Of a stretch of DNA of 64,000 nt, positions 29,704-40,627 are shown piece by piece. The translations under genes and the position numbers were made by a program. Where the stretch lies: positions 8,753 through 72,752 of the forward strand of contig CADBTQ010000012.1 in NCBI GenBank assembly GCA_902797685.1, given 5' to 3'. The notes beneath the pieces are model-generated. The model made no database searches. It was not told the origin of the DNA and was given only the letters and a program-made list of their open reading frames with translations. The DNA is from an uncultured Eubacteriales bacterium. Lineage in GTDB: Bacteria > Bacillota > Clostridia > Christensenellales > CAG-1252. The first letter of the stretch is position 1. The number at the start of each line of letters is the position of its first letter.

Positions 29704-29732
29704 ATTATACCATACCTTTGTCGTTTTAACAA
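29704..29732 (-). promoter_or_regulatory. Candidate promoter of the giant surface-protein gene
   Basis: The minus strand reads TTGTTA, a 17-nt spacer, then TGgTATAAT (extended -10). The leader contains the palindrome TTTGTACAAA at ~29651-29660. Confidence 0.5.
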
Positions 29733-29772
29733 GTTTTATATGCATTATTTAATCTACCGCTACGATACCGCC

Positions 29773-29801
29773 TTTACAAAATCGAGCGGTTGCTTTATAA
29801 T
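29773..29801 (+). promoter_or_regulatory. Candidate promoter of the 29830-34266 plus-strand genes
   Basis: TTTACA (29773-29778), a 17-nt spacer, then TATAAT (29796-29801). Confidence 0.45.
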
Positions 29802-29829
29802 AAAAATAGATCGACCGAAGGAGAAAAAG

Positions 29830-31251
29830 ATGTACCCGTTTGATGAAAAAAGTCTATTGGAAGGCGTAAAAACGATGAACTCGTTCGGCTCCCGCACCAC
29901 GGGGTCGGCGGGTCACAAACGATTCGTGCAATATCTCAAAGACGAGATCGCCGAGATGGGATTGGAAACACATAGCGACTTCAAGACCTTCGATCGGTGG
30001 GAAGCCAGATCCGCCTCGATCGTCATTCATTCCAAAGAGGGGGACGTAGCGGTGCACGTGTCCTCTCCCTTCCCCTACTCGGGCGAGACGGACGAGGAGG
30101 GGATCACGGCGCAACCCGTCCTCAACCAGTGGCGGTATCTCAATTTCCTCTCCGCTATCGGCAAGATCGCGGTCGTCAAGGTCAAAGACCTTGGCAACAT
30201 CTACTCGGGTATCGCCTTTGACCGCAAACGGGCACTGCCGGAGGACTTGCACGTGCAGCGCTACTACAAAGGTCCCGTCGCCACCTCGTTTATCCGCTCG
30301 CCTTTTTTGGAAGTCGCCAAAGCCCAAGGGGTCAAAGCGGTCATCTGCGTATGGGACGGCATGAGCGACCAAATGGTGGAGGGACAATACCTCAACTTTA
30401 TCTTAGACTACCAAGGCATCCCCGCCGTGTGGGTCAACTCGACCGACGGCAAGAGGATACTCGAAGCGTGCCGCAAAAAGGAGCCGATCACTTTGACCTT
30501 GCTTGCCGACAAAGAGAAGGACGCGGTGGGCGAATCCATCTATACGGTGATCAAAGGCACCGAGACGGACAAGGAGACTATCCTCGTCAACACCCATACC
30601 GACGGGGTCAACTGCGTGGAAGAAAACGGACCGTTGGCGATGTTGGGGATGATGCGCTACTTCGTGGAGCACCCGCCCCGTCGCACGATGGTATTTGCCT
30701 TTGTGGCGGGACACTTCCGTCTGCCCCACTTCAAAAAGCCGGGGGCGGTGAGCGACCAAGCGAGTTCGCTATGGCTACACCAGCACAAGGACTTGTGGGA
30801 CGGCAAGAAGGGGCACGCCAAAGCGGTGGCGGCGCTGACGGTGGAACACTTGGGCTGCACCGAGTGGAAGGACGTGGACGGGGTGTACACCAACACCGAT
30901 CCCATCGACGTCGAGGTGGTGTACACGGGCAACAAAAAGGTGGACGACATCTATTACGCCTCGCTCGAGGGGCGCACCAAAGTGCGCACCGTCACCTTGC
31001 GGGGACACAACTTTTTGCACTTCGGTGAGGGGCAACCCCTCTTTAACGTGGGCGTGCCCGCCATCGCCTTAGTCACCAGTCCCGACTACTTGTGCGTGGA
31101 GAGCGAGGGGCACGAGATGGACAAGTTCGACCCCGACCTCATGTACCAACAGACGGTATCTTTCGTCAAAATGGCGGAGATGATCGACCGCACTCCCGCC
31201 AAAGAACTGGGGCGCGCCGACCCCTACAGCATCGGCGTAAGCAAAGTATAA
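29830..31251 (+). CDS. M28/PA-domain peptidase-like protein (metal ligands appear partly diverged)
   Basis: Start trimmed to ATG 29830 after AAGGAGA. ILVNTHTDGVNCVEENGPLAMLGMMRYF resembles the M28 H-x-D...(D/E)N-x-SG region. Confidence 0.5.
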   Translation: MYPFDEKSLLEGVKTMNSFGSRTTGSAGHKRFVQYLKDEIAEMGLETHSDFKTFDRWEARSASIVIHSKEGDVAVHVSSPFPYSGETDEEGITAQPVLNQWRYLNFLSAIGKIAVVKVKDLGNIYSGIAFDRKRALPEDLHVQRYYKGPVATSFIRSPFLEVAKAQGVKAVICVWDGMSDQMVEGQYLNFILDYQGIPAVWVNSTDGKRILEACRKKEPITLTLLADKEKDAVGESIYTVIKGTETDKETILVNTHTDGVNCVEENGPLAMLGMMRYFVEHPPRRTMVFAFVAGHFRLPHFKKPGAVSDQASSLWLHQHKDLWDGKKGHAKAVAALTVEHLGCTEWKDVDGVYTNTDPIDVEVVYTGNKKVDDIYYASLEGRTKVRTVTLRGHNFLHFGEGQPLFNVGVPAIALVTSPDYLCVESEGHEMDKFDPDLMYQQTVSFVKMAEMIDRTPAKELGRADPYSIGVSKV

Positions 31252-31260
31252 GGAGAGAAT

Positions 31261-33312
31261 ATGAAACCCGAATATCAACCTTTACTGACCCCGTGGAAAA
31301 TCGGCAACGTCGAGATCAAAAACCGCATCGTGTTGACCTCGATGGGCGGCACCAACCTGCTCGGCTGGATGGAAAACCACCACTTCGACGAAGTGGGCGC
31401 TCGCTTTATACTGGAAGTGGCGAAAAACAACGCGGGACTGGTGTTGCCCGGTTGCCAACCCGTGTACAACCCCATGTTCGGTCAGTGGCTGCACCGCAAC
31501 AAAAAGATGTACAAGGACTTGGCGAAATGGATGCCCAAGTTGCACCAAACGGGCGCAAAACTCTTTGTGCAACTGACGGCGGGATTCGGGCGCAGTTTTA
31601 CCGTGTCCCCCATGATGGAAAAACTGTACGCCAACAAGGCGTTGAGAGCCCTCGCCAAACCCGTGATGGACTTGGACCGCATCACCGCGTCCGCTTCCCC
31701 CTCTCCCAACCGTTGGTCGGACGTGATCCCCTCGAGGGAGATGACGGTGGAAGAGATACAAGAGGTGATCGACTCGTTTGCCAAGTGCAGCAAACTGCTC
31801 AAGGACGCGGGCGTGGACGGGGTGGAAGTACACGCGGTACACGAGGGGTATTTGCTCGACCAATTCACCCTCAAATACGTCAACAAGCGTACCGACCGCT
31901 ACGGCGGGAATATCGAGGGTCGCTACCGCTTTGCCGCCGAGATCGTCCAAGCCATCAAAAAGGAATGCGGTAAGGACTTCCCCGTGTCCTTGCGGTACTC
32001 GGTCGTATCCAAGACCAAGGGTATGCGCCAAGGGGCGTTGCCGGGCGAGGAATACGTCGAAGTGGGCAGGGATATGCAAGAATCGGAGATCGCCGCCAAG
32101 TATTTGCAAGACGCGGGCTACGATATGCTCAACTGCGACAACGGCACCTACGACGCTTGGTATTGGGCGCATCCGCCTATCTATATGCCCCAAAACTGCA
32201 ACCTCGAAGACGTGGAACACATCAAGCAATTTGTGGATATTCCCGTGGTGTGCGCGGGTCGTATGACCTTGGACGCGGCGGCACAAGCCATCGCGCAAGG
32301 CAAATTGGACGGCGCGGGATTTGCCCGCAACTTTTTGGCGGACCCCGAGTGGTTTACCAAGATCATCGAGGACAGGCCTCAAGACGTCCGACCCTGCATC
32401 CTGTGCCACAGCGGGTGCTTTAATATGTGCCACTACAAAGGAGTGCCCAACGAGCAGGATTTGTCCGACTCTCTGCACCTTGCGCGCTGTGCGGTCAACG
32501 CCGAGATGATGCAGTGGGACAAACACCATATCACCCCCGCCAAGCGTCCCAAGACGGTGCACATCGTGGGCGGCGGTATCGGCGGCATGGAGACGGCAAG
32601 GGTCGCCAAACTAAGGGGACTTACGCCCATCATCTACGAAAAAAGCGACCGTTTAGGCGGTACGTTTATCGCCGCGAGCGCCGAAAGTTACAAAGGAAGA
32701 CTAAGGGAATTGTTGGATTGGTATCGTCGCGAGATGGATAAAATGGGCGTCGAGGTCAGACTGAATACCGAGGTCAAAGACCTCTCCCAATTCGGCAAAG
32801 ACCCGGTCGTCGTCGCCACGGGCGCCAAAGCGAGAGTGCTCAAGCGGGTCAAAGGTCACGAAAAGATGATCGAAGCGTGCGACTACCTCTTGGGTGCTCA
32901 AGTCGGAGACAGCGTTGCGGTGATAGGCGGCGGCTTGACCGGCTGCGAGATCGCCTACGAATTGGCGCTATCGGGCAAAAAGGTGTCCATCGTGGAGATG
33001 AAAGACGACCTCATCGCCCAAAAGGGAGTGTGCCTTGCCAACAGTTCGTACCTAAGGGAATGGTTTGCTTGGAAAGGGGTGCCCGTCTATCTCGATACCA
33101 CCCTCAAAGAGGTCACGGATCACGGCGTGATCTGCACTCATGAGGGCAAGGACTTCGAGGTCAAAGCGGACTCGGTGATCAGTTCGGCGGGCTATATCCC
33201 CGCACCTATCGCTAAAGCAGGCAAAAACGTGTATCTCGTGGGGGACTGCGACCACGTGGGCAACCTGCGTTCGGTCATTTGGCAAGCCTACGAGACGGCG
33301 ATGAAACTATAA
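31261..33312 (+). CDS. 2-enoate reductase / 2,4-dienoyl-CoA reductase-like flavoenzyme (OYE FMN domain, 4Fe-4S and FAD/NAD(P) domain)
   Basis: 683 aa. The OYE motifs are NRIVLTSMGG and AVHEGYLLDQF...RTDRYGG, the Cys cluster is CILCHSGCFNMC...C, and the two Rossmann motifs are IVGGGIGGME and VIGGGLTGCE. Confidence 0.85.
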   Translation: MKPEYQPLLTPWKIGNVEIKNRIVLTSMGGTNLLGWMENHHFDEVGARFILEVAKNNAGLVLPGCQPVYNPMFGQWLHRNKKMYKDLAKWMPKLHQTGAKLFVQLTAGFGRSFTVSPMMEKLYANKALRALAKPVMDLDRITASASPSPNRWSDVIPSREMTVEEIQEVIDSFAKCSKLLKDAGVDGVEVHAVHEGYLLDQFTLKYVNKRTDRYGGNIEGRYRFAAEIVQAIKKECGKDFPVSLRYSVVSKTKGMRQGALPGEEYVEVGRDMQESEIAAKYLQDAGYDMLNCDNGTYDAWYWAHPPIYMPQNCNLEDVEHIKQFVDIPVVCAGRMTLDAAAQAIAQGKLDGAGFARNFLADPEWFTKIIEDRPQDVRPCILCHSGCFNMCHYKGVPNEQDLSDSLHLARCAVNAEMMQWDKHHITPAKRPKTVHIVGGGIGGMETARVAKLRGLTPIIYEKSDRLGGTFIAASAESYKGRLRELLDWYRREMDKMGVEVRLNTEVKDLSQFGKDPVVVATGAKARVLKRVKGHEKMIEACDYLLGAQVGDSVAVIGGGLTGCEIAYELALSGKKVSIVEMKDDLIAQKGVCLANSSYLREWFAWKGVPVYLDTTLKEVTDHGVICTHEGKDFEVKADSVISSAGYIPAPIAKAGKNVYLVGDCDHVGNLRSVIWQAYETAMKL

Positions 33313-33321
33313 GGAGACACC

Positions 33322-34266
33322 ATGAAAGAGTACAAGTTTTGGGGTTGGCAAACCGCCGACGTCAAGCCGCTCGGCAAGACCTACCCCTTCGAGGATCCGA
33401 GACAAATGTACGACTACCTCACCCGCTGTTGGGGTGCGGACACCTGCGCGCCGAGGCTGAGGGACAAGTGGTCGCCCGCCAATATGACCGAGGGACAATG
33501 CTCCATCACCGCGTTTTTGGTGCAGGATATTTTCGGCGGCGAAGTGTACGGCATCCGCCTACCCGACGGAGCGTACCACTGCTACAACGTGGTGGGAGAG
33601 GTGCAATTCGATCTCACCAGCGAGCAATTTGGGGACGAAGTGTTGGATTACACCCAAGGAGTGCCGCAGAGTAGAGAGGAGCATTTTGCCGACCAAGACA
33701 AATTCGCTCGCTACCTGCTCCTCACCAAAAAGTTGCTCGAAGCGTGCGCCGAGAGCAAGCAAGAGAGTGCCGAAAATCCCACTCCCCTCGCCTCCGCCCG
33801 CACCTCGTACAACCGCGATATGTATCGCGGTCTCCAACGCAAAAACACCGTTTGGGCGGGCTTCGGTTTGGGACTGGGATTAGTCTTTTTGGGGGCGGGG
33901 ATCGCCTTGATGCTGACCCGCCACAGCATGATCTACTACGTGCTGACGGCGATGGGCGCCTTTTTGACCCTCTTTGGCGGCATGATGATCGGATTGATCG
34001 TTCACAATACTCGCAAAGGAGTCGCCGCCCAAGTCACCGCGCAAGCCGACTTTTACCCCGACTACCTCGTGGTGCGCACCTTCGTCCACGGCGAGGAAAA
34101 CGCCCACAGCAAGGTGTACTACCGCGATTTGGCGTTTTACCGCACCGATGACGACTACGCCTATATCTACGTCAATCCCCAACAGGCTTTCCCCCTCAAA
34201 TTGGGGCAAGACACGGGCAAGATCCTCGAGATCCTCGACCGCAACCAAGTCAAAACCAAATACTGA
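33322..34266 (+). CDS. Hypothetical protein: YunG-like N-terminal domain, two TM helices and a YcxB-like C-terminal domain (tentative)
   Basis: 314 aa with EGQCSITAFLVQDIFGGEVYG...YHCYNVV...DLTSEQF, a central hydrophobic hairpin, and an RBS 7 nt upstream. Confidence 0.55.
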   Translation: MKEYKFWGWQTADVKPLGKTYPFEDPRQMYDYLTRCWGADTCAPRLRDKWSPANMTEGQCSITAFLVQDIFGGEVYGIRLPDGAYHCYNVVGEVQFDLTSEQFGDEVLDYTQGVPQSREEHFADQDKFARYLLLTKKLLEACAESKQESAENPTPLASARTSYNRDMYRGLQRKNTVWAGFGLGLGLVFLGAGIALMLTRHSMIYYVLTAMGAFLTLFGGMMIGLIVHNTRKGVAAQVTAQADFYPDYLVVRTFVHGEENAHSKVYYRDLAFYRTDDDYAYIYVNPQQAFPLKLGQDTGKILEILDRNQVKTKY

Positions 34267-34276
34267 CGCGTACCGA

Positions 34277-34320
34277 TAAAAAAACGCACCGTCACAACAT
34301 ATTGTGGCGGTGTGTTTTTG
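34277..34320. terminator. Bidirectional terminator between convergent genes
   Basis: A 14-bp stem ACGCACCGTCACAA / TTGTGGCGGTGTGT with a CATA loop, flanked by an A-run and a T-run. Confidence 0.8.
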
Positions 34321-34341
34321 TTGATCGCTATATATGGTAGT

Positions 34342-36945
<2,604 letters not shown>

Positions 36946-36966
36946 AGTTTCACCTCCTTAAAGAGA

Positions 36967-37587
36967 TTATAACGGTAGGTCGGCCGCCAAAAACGTCCTT
37001 TCCACTTCTTCCGCCGCGCGCTCGGGCTCGTCCAACAAGTAAAAGAAGGATTTGAGCGCGTGATCGAAGGCGTCGATATAGGCGGAGATCCCCTCCCCTA
37101 TGGCGGCGCTCGAGGATAAGTCGGTCACAAACAGTTTGACAAACTTGCCGTCAGTCAAACTCAGACGGGTTTCGGGGTGATACGCCCTCTCGATACGAGC
37201 CCACAGTTTGAAAAACTGCCCCACCAGTAGCGACAGGGTGGCGTTTTGGGTGCGCATAGACACCTTGAGTTCCCCCACCGCCACGTCGTGGGTGCGGTAC
37301 ATTTCCACTTGATACCTCACGGTGGGATTGTACTTGTACGACAGCGAGCTACGCAAAGTCAACGTCGTGGGCGTTGCCGCCTCAGCGACCTGAAACACCG
37401 AGCCAAGCAAAGACTCGATACGGTCAAACACTTCCGAGTTGCGTTTTTCGGGGGTCTCGTATGACACGTATTCCGCCAAGATCTGATTGACGAGATTGGA
37501 ACGGTTGGTGTGATTTTGGTACGCCAAGCGGTCGATGGCGTCCACCACTCGTTCGGACAATATCAAGGAATAGATGTTCTTTTTCAT
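36967..37587 (-). CDS. Ribbon-helix-helix (CopG/Arc-like) N-terminal domain protein, co-transcribed with clpB
   Basis: 206 aa. The N-terminus IYSLILSERVVDAIDRLAYQNHTNRSNLVNQILAEYV fits a beta-alpha-alpha RHH pattern. It lies 21 nt upstream of clpB. Confidence 0.55.
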   Translation of the reverse strand: MKKNIYSLILSERVVDAIDRLAYQNHTNRSNLVNQILAEYVSYETPEKRNSEVFDRIESLLGSVFQVAEAATPTTLTLRSSLSYKYNPTVRYQVEMYRTHDVAVGELKVSMRTQNATLSLLVGQFFKLWARIERAYHPETRLSLTDGKFVKLFVTDLSSSAAIGEGISAYIDAFDHALKSFFYLLDEPERAAEEVERTFLAADLPL

Positions 37588-37605
37588 AGCCTTCCTCCTA
37601 TTAAA

Positions 37606-37634
37606 ATTGTAGCACGGTTTATATAACTCGTCAA
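37606..37634 (-). promoter_or_regulatory. Candidate promoter of the RHH-clpB operon
   Basis: The minus strand reads TTGACG, a 17-nt spacer, then TGcTACAAT. The -35 is flanked by direct repeats TTATATAAAACC and TTATATAAACC. Confidence 0.5.
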
Positions 37635-37719
37635 TGGTTTTATATAATTTTGTTTGCGAGTTTTTGATTTTCTTTCCTTATCATGATCGACGCGACCGCT
37701 CGGTTATAATCGACCGTAA

Positions 37720-37737
37720 TGTGAAATTATTTTCACA
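37720..37737. promoter_or_regulatory. Perfect 18-bp palindrome TGTGAAATTATTTTCACA (operator candidate)
   Basis: Read directly from the sequence. It lies 16 nt upstream of the -35 of the 37753 promoter. Confidence 0.3.
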
Positions 37738-37752
37738 ATATACTCCTTTCGA

Positions 37753-37781
37753 TTGACACGGATATTGGGCAGGAGTATAAT
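37753..37781 (+). promoter_or_regulatory. Consensus sigma-A promoter of the methyltransferase/HMA gene set
   Basis: TTGACA (37753-37758), exactly 17 nt of spacer, then TATAAT (37776-37781). Confidence 0.65.
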
Positions 37782-37828
37782 AGAACCAAAGATGAATGAT
37801 TTTTCATATTGAGGTAGTAGGAGTATAT

Positions 37829-38716
37829 ATGGGAAAGTATCATATCCAAACCAACAGCGTACAGGAAACCTTGGTGATCCCCCTCTACGGGCGCAAATTG
37901 TGTAGCGAGCGCTTCCCTGCCCTATTCAAAGACGACAAGGCGGTGGAGTTGATCGATCGGCTCGACTACGACTTCGGCGATCTGAAAAAGAGGGCGCAAA
38001 GCACGGGGTATCAATTTGGAGCGCTGGAGGTGGCGATGCGTCAAAACGACCTCTCCTACGAGATCAAGGACTATCTCGCCGCTCACCCCCAAGCCGCCAT
38101 CGTCAACTTGGGTTGCGGACTGGATCAAACCGCGGAAAACTGCCAAGGTGAACAAAACCGCGTGTACAATATCGACTTCCCCGACGTGATAAAGGCGCGC
38201 AACGTGCTCATTCCGCCCTCGGGGCTCGTTACCAATATCGCCGCCGATCTCAACGATACGTCGTGGTTTGACTCGATCGACGATACCCACGGGGTGGTCT
38301 TCGTGGCGGCGGGGGTGTTTTACTATTTCAAAACCCAATCCGTCCGCAAACTGTTTTGTGCCATGGAAAAACGGTTTGCGGGCGGCAGGTTATGCTTTGA
38401 CTCAGCCGGCAAGCGCGCGGTCAAGATCATGCTCAAAACTTGGGTCAAGCAAGCGGGCGTGACCTCGATCAAGGACTATTTCGCCCTATCCGACGCCGTC
38501 AAGGAGTTGTCCCCTTGGTTTGAGAGCGCCAATGTGACGAGCAAAGGCTATATGCTCGGCTACAACGACCTCAAAGACCCGTCCGTGCCCGCCTCTTTCC
38601 GCTTGCTCGCCCGCTTGGGCGACGGCGTAATGAAGATGCGGATCGTCAAGATCGATTGGGAGAGCAAGCGACGAGCTGGACAACTCGGCTTTGAAAAGAG
38701 TCCGAACGCGAAATAA
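37829..38716 (+). CDS. Class I SAM-dependent O-methyltransferase (LCMT/TcmP-like family)
   Basis: Start trimmed to ATG 37829. ETLVIPLYGRKLCSERFP...VNLGCGLD...YNIDFPDV resembles the COG3315/PF04072 pattern. Confidence 0.65.
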   Translation: MGKYHIQTNSVQETLVIPLYGRKLCSERFPALFKDDKAVELIDRLDYDFGDLKKRAQSTGYQFGALEVAMRQNDLSYEIKDYLAAHPQAAIVNLGCGLDQTAENCQGEQNRVYNIDFPDVIKARNVLIPPSGLVTNIAADLNDTSWFDSIDDTHGVVFVAAGVFYYFKTQSVRKLFCAMEKRFAGGRLCFDSAGKRAVKIMLKTWVKQAGVTSIKDYFALSDAVKELSPWFESANVTSKGYMLGYNDLKDPSVPASFRLLARLGDGVMKMRIVKIDWESKRRAGQLGFEKSPNAK

Positions 38717-38739
38717 ACGAACGCACAAGGAGAACGACG

Positions 38740-39360
38740 ATGGGACTACTCAAAATAGTATTTAACAACACAGGCAAGCCCCAAGGGACGATGGGCAAAA
38801 TGATGCTCAAAGGAATGAACGGCGGCTCGCACGCTACCCTTGCCGATTTCGGCATGTCCTTTTTGTCCGCGTCGGGCGTCAACCGCATCGCCGAACTGGG
38901 ATTTGGCGGAGGGCGCAATATCGGGGAATTGCTCAAAAAGTATCCTCACGCCACTTTGGACGGGGTGGATCACTCCCGCTTGTCGGTGGAGACCGCCAAA
39001 GAATACAACAAACAAAACGCCGACCGCATCGATCTAAGAGAGAGCACGATCGCCGATATGGATCTGCCCCTCGGGCGATACGATCTCGCCACCGCCTTCG
39101 AGACGGTGTACTTTTGGGGGGATATCCGCTTTTGCTTTGGCAAAGTGCACGACCTACTCAAAAGCGGCGGGAAGTTTTTGATCGTCAACGAGTCGGATGG
39201 CACGGACGATACGGGGCGCAAGTTTGAAGACATCATCGACAACATGAAAGTTTACACCGAAGAGCAACTGGTCGCAAGTCTCAAAGAAGCGGGGTTTGGC
39301 ATCGTAGAGGTACACCACCACGACCAAAAACCTTGGATCGCCATCCTTGCTCAAAAGTAA
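38740..39360 (+). CDS. Class I SAM-dependent methyltransferase
   Basis: 206 aa with motif I IAELGFGGGRN and a strong AAGGAG RBS. Confidence 0.7.
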   Translation: MGLLKIVFNNTGKPQGTMGKMMLKGMNGGSHATLADFGMSFLSASGVNRIAELGFGGGRNIGELLKKYPHATLDGVDHSRLSVETAKEYNKQNADRIDLRESTIADMDLPLGRYDLATAFETVYFWGDIRFCFGKVHDLLKSGGKFLIVNESDGTDDTGRKFEDIIDNMKVYTEEQLVASLKEAGFGIVEVHHHDQKPWIAILAQK

Positions 39361-39468
39361 CCCATGAAGTATCGCGGTATGCCCCAAGGTATGTGGGCGC
39401 TTTTTTTGCCCTATTACAACGCGAGCATCCCTGCCGCGGGGAAAACCGCGATAAAGGAGGAAAGAATT

Positions 39469-39720
39469 ATGACTAAAATCACGATAGGGATCGACGGCAT
39501 GATGTGCGGTATGTGTGAAGCGCATATTTGCGATACCATTCGCAAAGCCGTACCAAGCGCCAAAAAGGTAAAAGCGTCAAGGCACAAAAAAGAGGCGACC
39601 TTCCTTACGGACAAAGACGTGGACGAGCAAGCGGTCAAAACGGCTGTCGCCGATATGGGCTACCGCGTGCTTTCGTATCAGGCGGAAGCGTACCAAAAGC
39701 ACGGTCTGTTTGGTAAATAA
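39469..39720 (+). CDS. Heavy-metal-associated (HMA) domain protein, CopZ-like metallochaperone
   Basis: Start trimmed to ATG 39469 after AAGGAGG. The metal-binding loop GMMCGMCEAH matches GMxCxxC. Confidence 0.75.
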   Translation: MTKITIGIDGMMCGMCEAHICDTIRKAVPSAKKVKASRHKKEATFLTDKDVDEQAVKTAVADMGYRVLSYQAEAYQKHGLFGK

Positions 39721-39768
39721 GCCGTCGAAAAAACCAACCGAAGCGGAGCGATTGGCGCAAAAAGAGAA

Positions 39769-40569
39769 ATGATGGATCGAAAACCGAATTACAAAAACTG
39801 GGTGCCCACCGGTATGGTGGTGGGGTTTTGGACGGGATTTGGCGTTTGCTTGCTCTTTGCCGCCCTCTTTGGCGGATGGGGATTGACGAGCAAAACGATA
39901 TGGCAGATCGTGTTGTTTGGAGTATTTGCTTTGGGCGCCGTCGTGCTACTTCCCATCAGTCTTTATATGCAAACCTGGCACAACGCCTTCTCCTACACGG
40001 GCAAACGCAAACTGTCCAAGCGCATAGTGGAAGGCGTGGCAAACTACGTTGAGTTGACCCAAGGTCAAACTTGTTTGGACGTCGGGTGCGGCTCGGCGGC
40101 GTTGACGATAGCCGTCGCCAAACGCAATCCCCAAAGCCTTGTCGTGGGCGTGGATCGTTGGGGCAAGGACTACGCCTCTTTTTCGAAAGGGCTTTGCCAA
40201 GCCAACGCCCAAGCGGAAGGGGTAAACAACGTGCGTTTTGAAAAGGGTGACGCCACGTCTCTTCCCTTTGCGGACGAGACCTTTGACGCGGTGTGTAGCA
40301 ATTACGTCTATCACAACATCCGCTCTTCCGACAGACAAGCCATCTTGATGGAGACGCTGCGCACCCTCAAAAAGGGCGGGACGTTTGCCATCCACGACCT
40401 GTTTACCGCACAAAAATACGGGGATATGCAAGATTTCGTGCAATGTCTTCGCGACTTGGGATATCGGAAAGTGGAGTTGATCGACACGACCCAAGGGCTG
40501 CTGATGAGCGAAAAAGAGGCAAAACGACTTTGTCTTAACGGCTCGGCGATCCTAACGGGGACAAAATAA
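39769..40569 (+). CDS. Membrane-anchored class I SAM-dependent methyltransferase
   Basis: 266 aa with two N-terminal TM helices followed by motif I LDVGCGSAALT and a post-I/II region. Confidence 0.7.
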   Translation: MMDRKPNYKNWVPTGMVVGFWTGFGVCLLFAALFGGWGLTSKTIWQIVLFGVFALGAVVLLPISLYMQTWHNAFSYTGKRKLSKRIVEGVANYVELTQGQTCLDVGCGSAALTIAVAKRNPQSLVVGVDRWGKDYASFSKGLCQANAQAEGVNNVRFEKGDATSLPFADETFDAVCSNYVYHNIRSSDRQAILMETLRTLKKGGTFAIHDLFTAQKYGDMQDFVQCLRDLGYRKVELIDTTQGLLMSEKEAKRLCLNGSAILTGTK

Positions 40570-40624
40570 AAGGTGTCACCGACGGTGACACCCATTGGGC
40601 GGTCGGTAATCGACCGCTTTTTTT
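40562..40624. terminator. Pair of back-to-back hairpins terminating the convergent operons
   Basis: GGTGTCACC-gac-GGTGACACC is preceded by AAAATAAAA and serves the minus strand. GCGGTCG-gtaat-CGACCGC is followed by TTTTTTT and serves the plus strand. Confidence 0.7.
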
Positions 40625-40627
40625 GTT

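Noticed and set aside
37720-37737. Palindrome TGTGAA-N6-TTCACA as a Rex or CRP/FNR site
   Set aside because: The half-sites resemble Rex (TGTGAA/TTCACA) and CRP (TGTGA/TCACA), but the spacing is 2 nt too long for either consensus as I remember them. I kept it only as an unassigned operator candidate.
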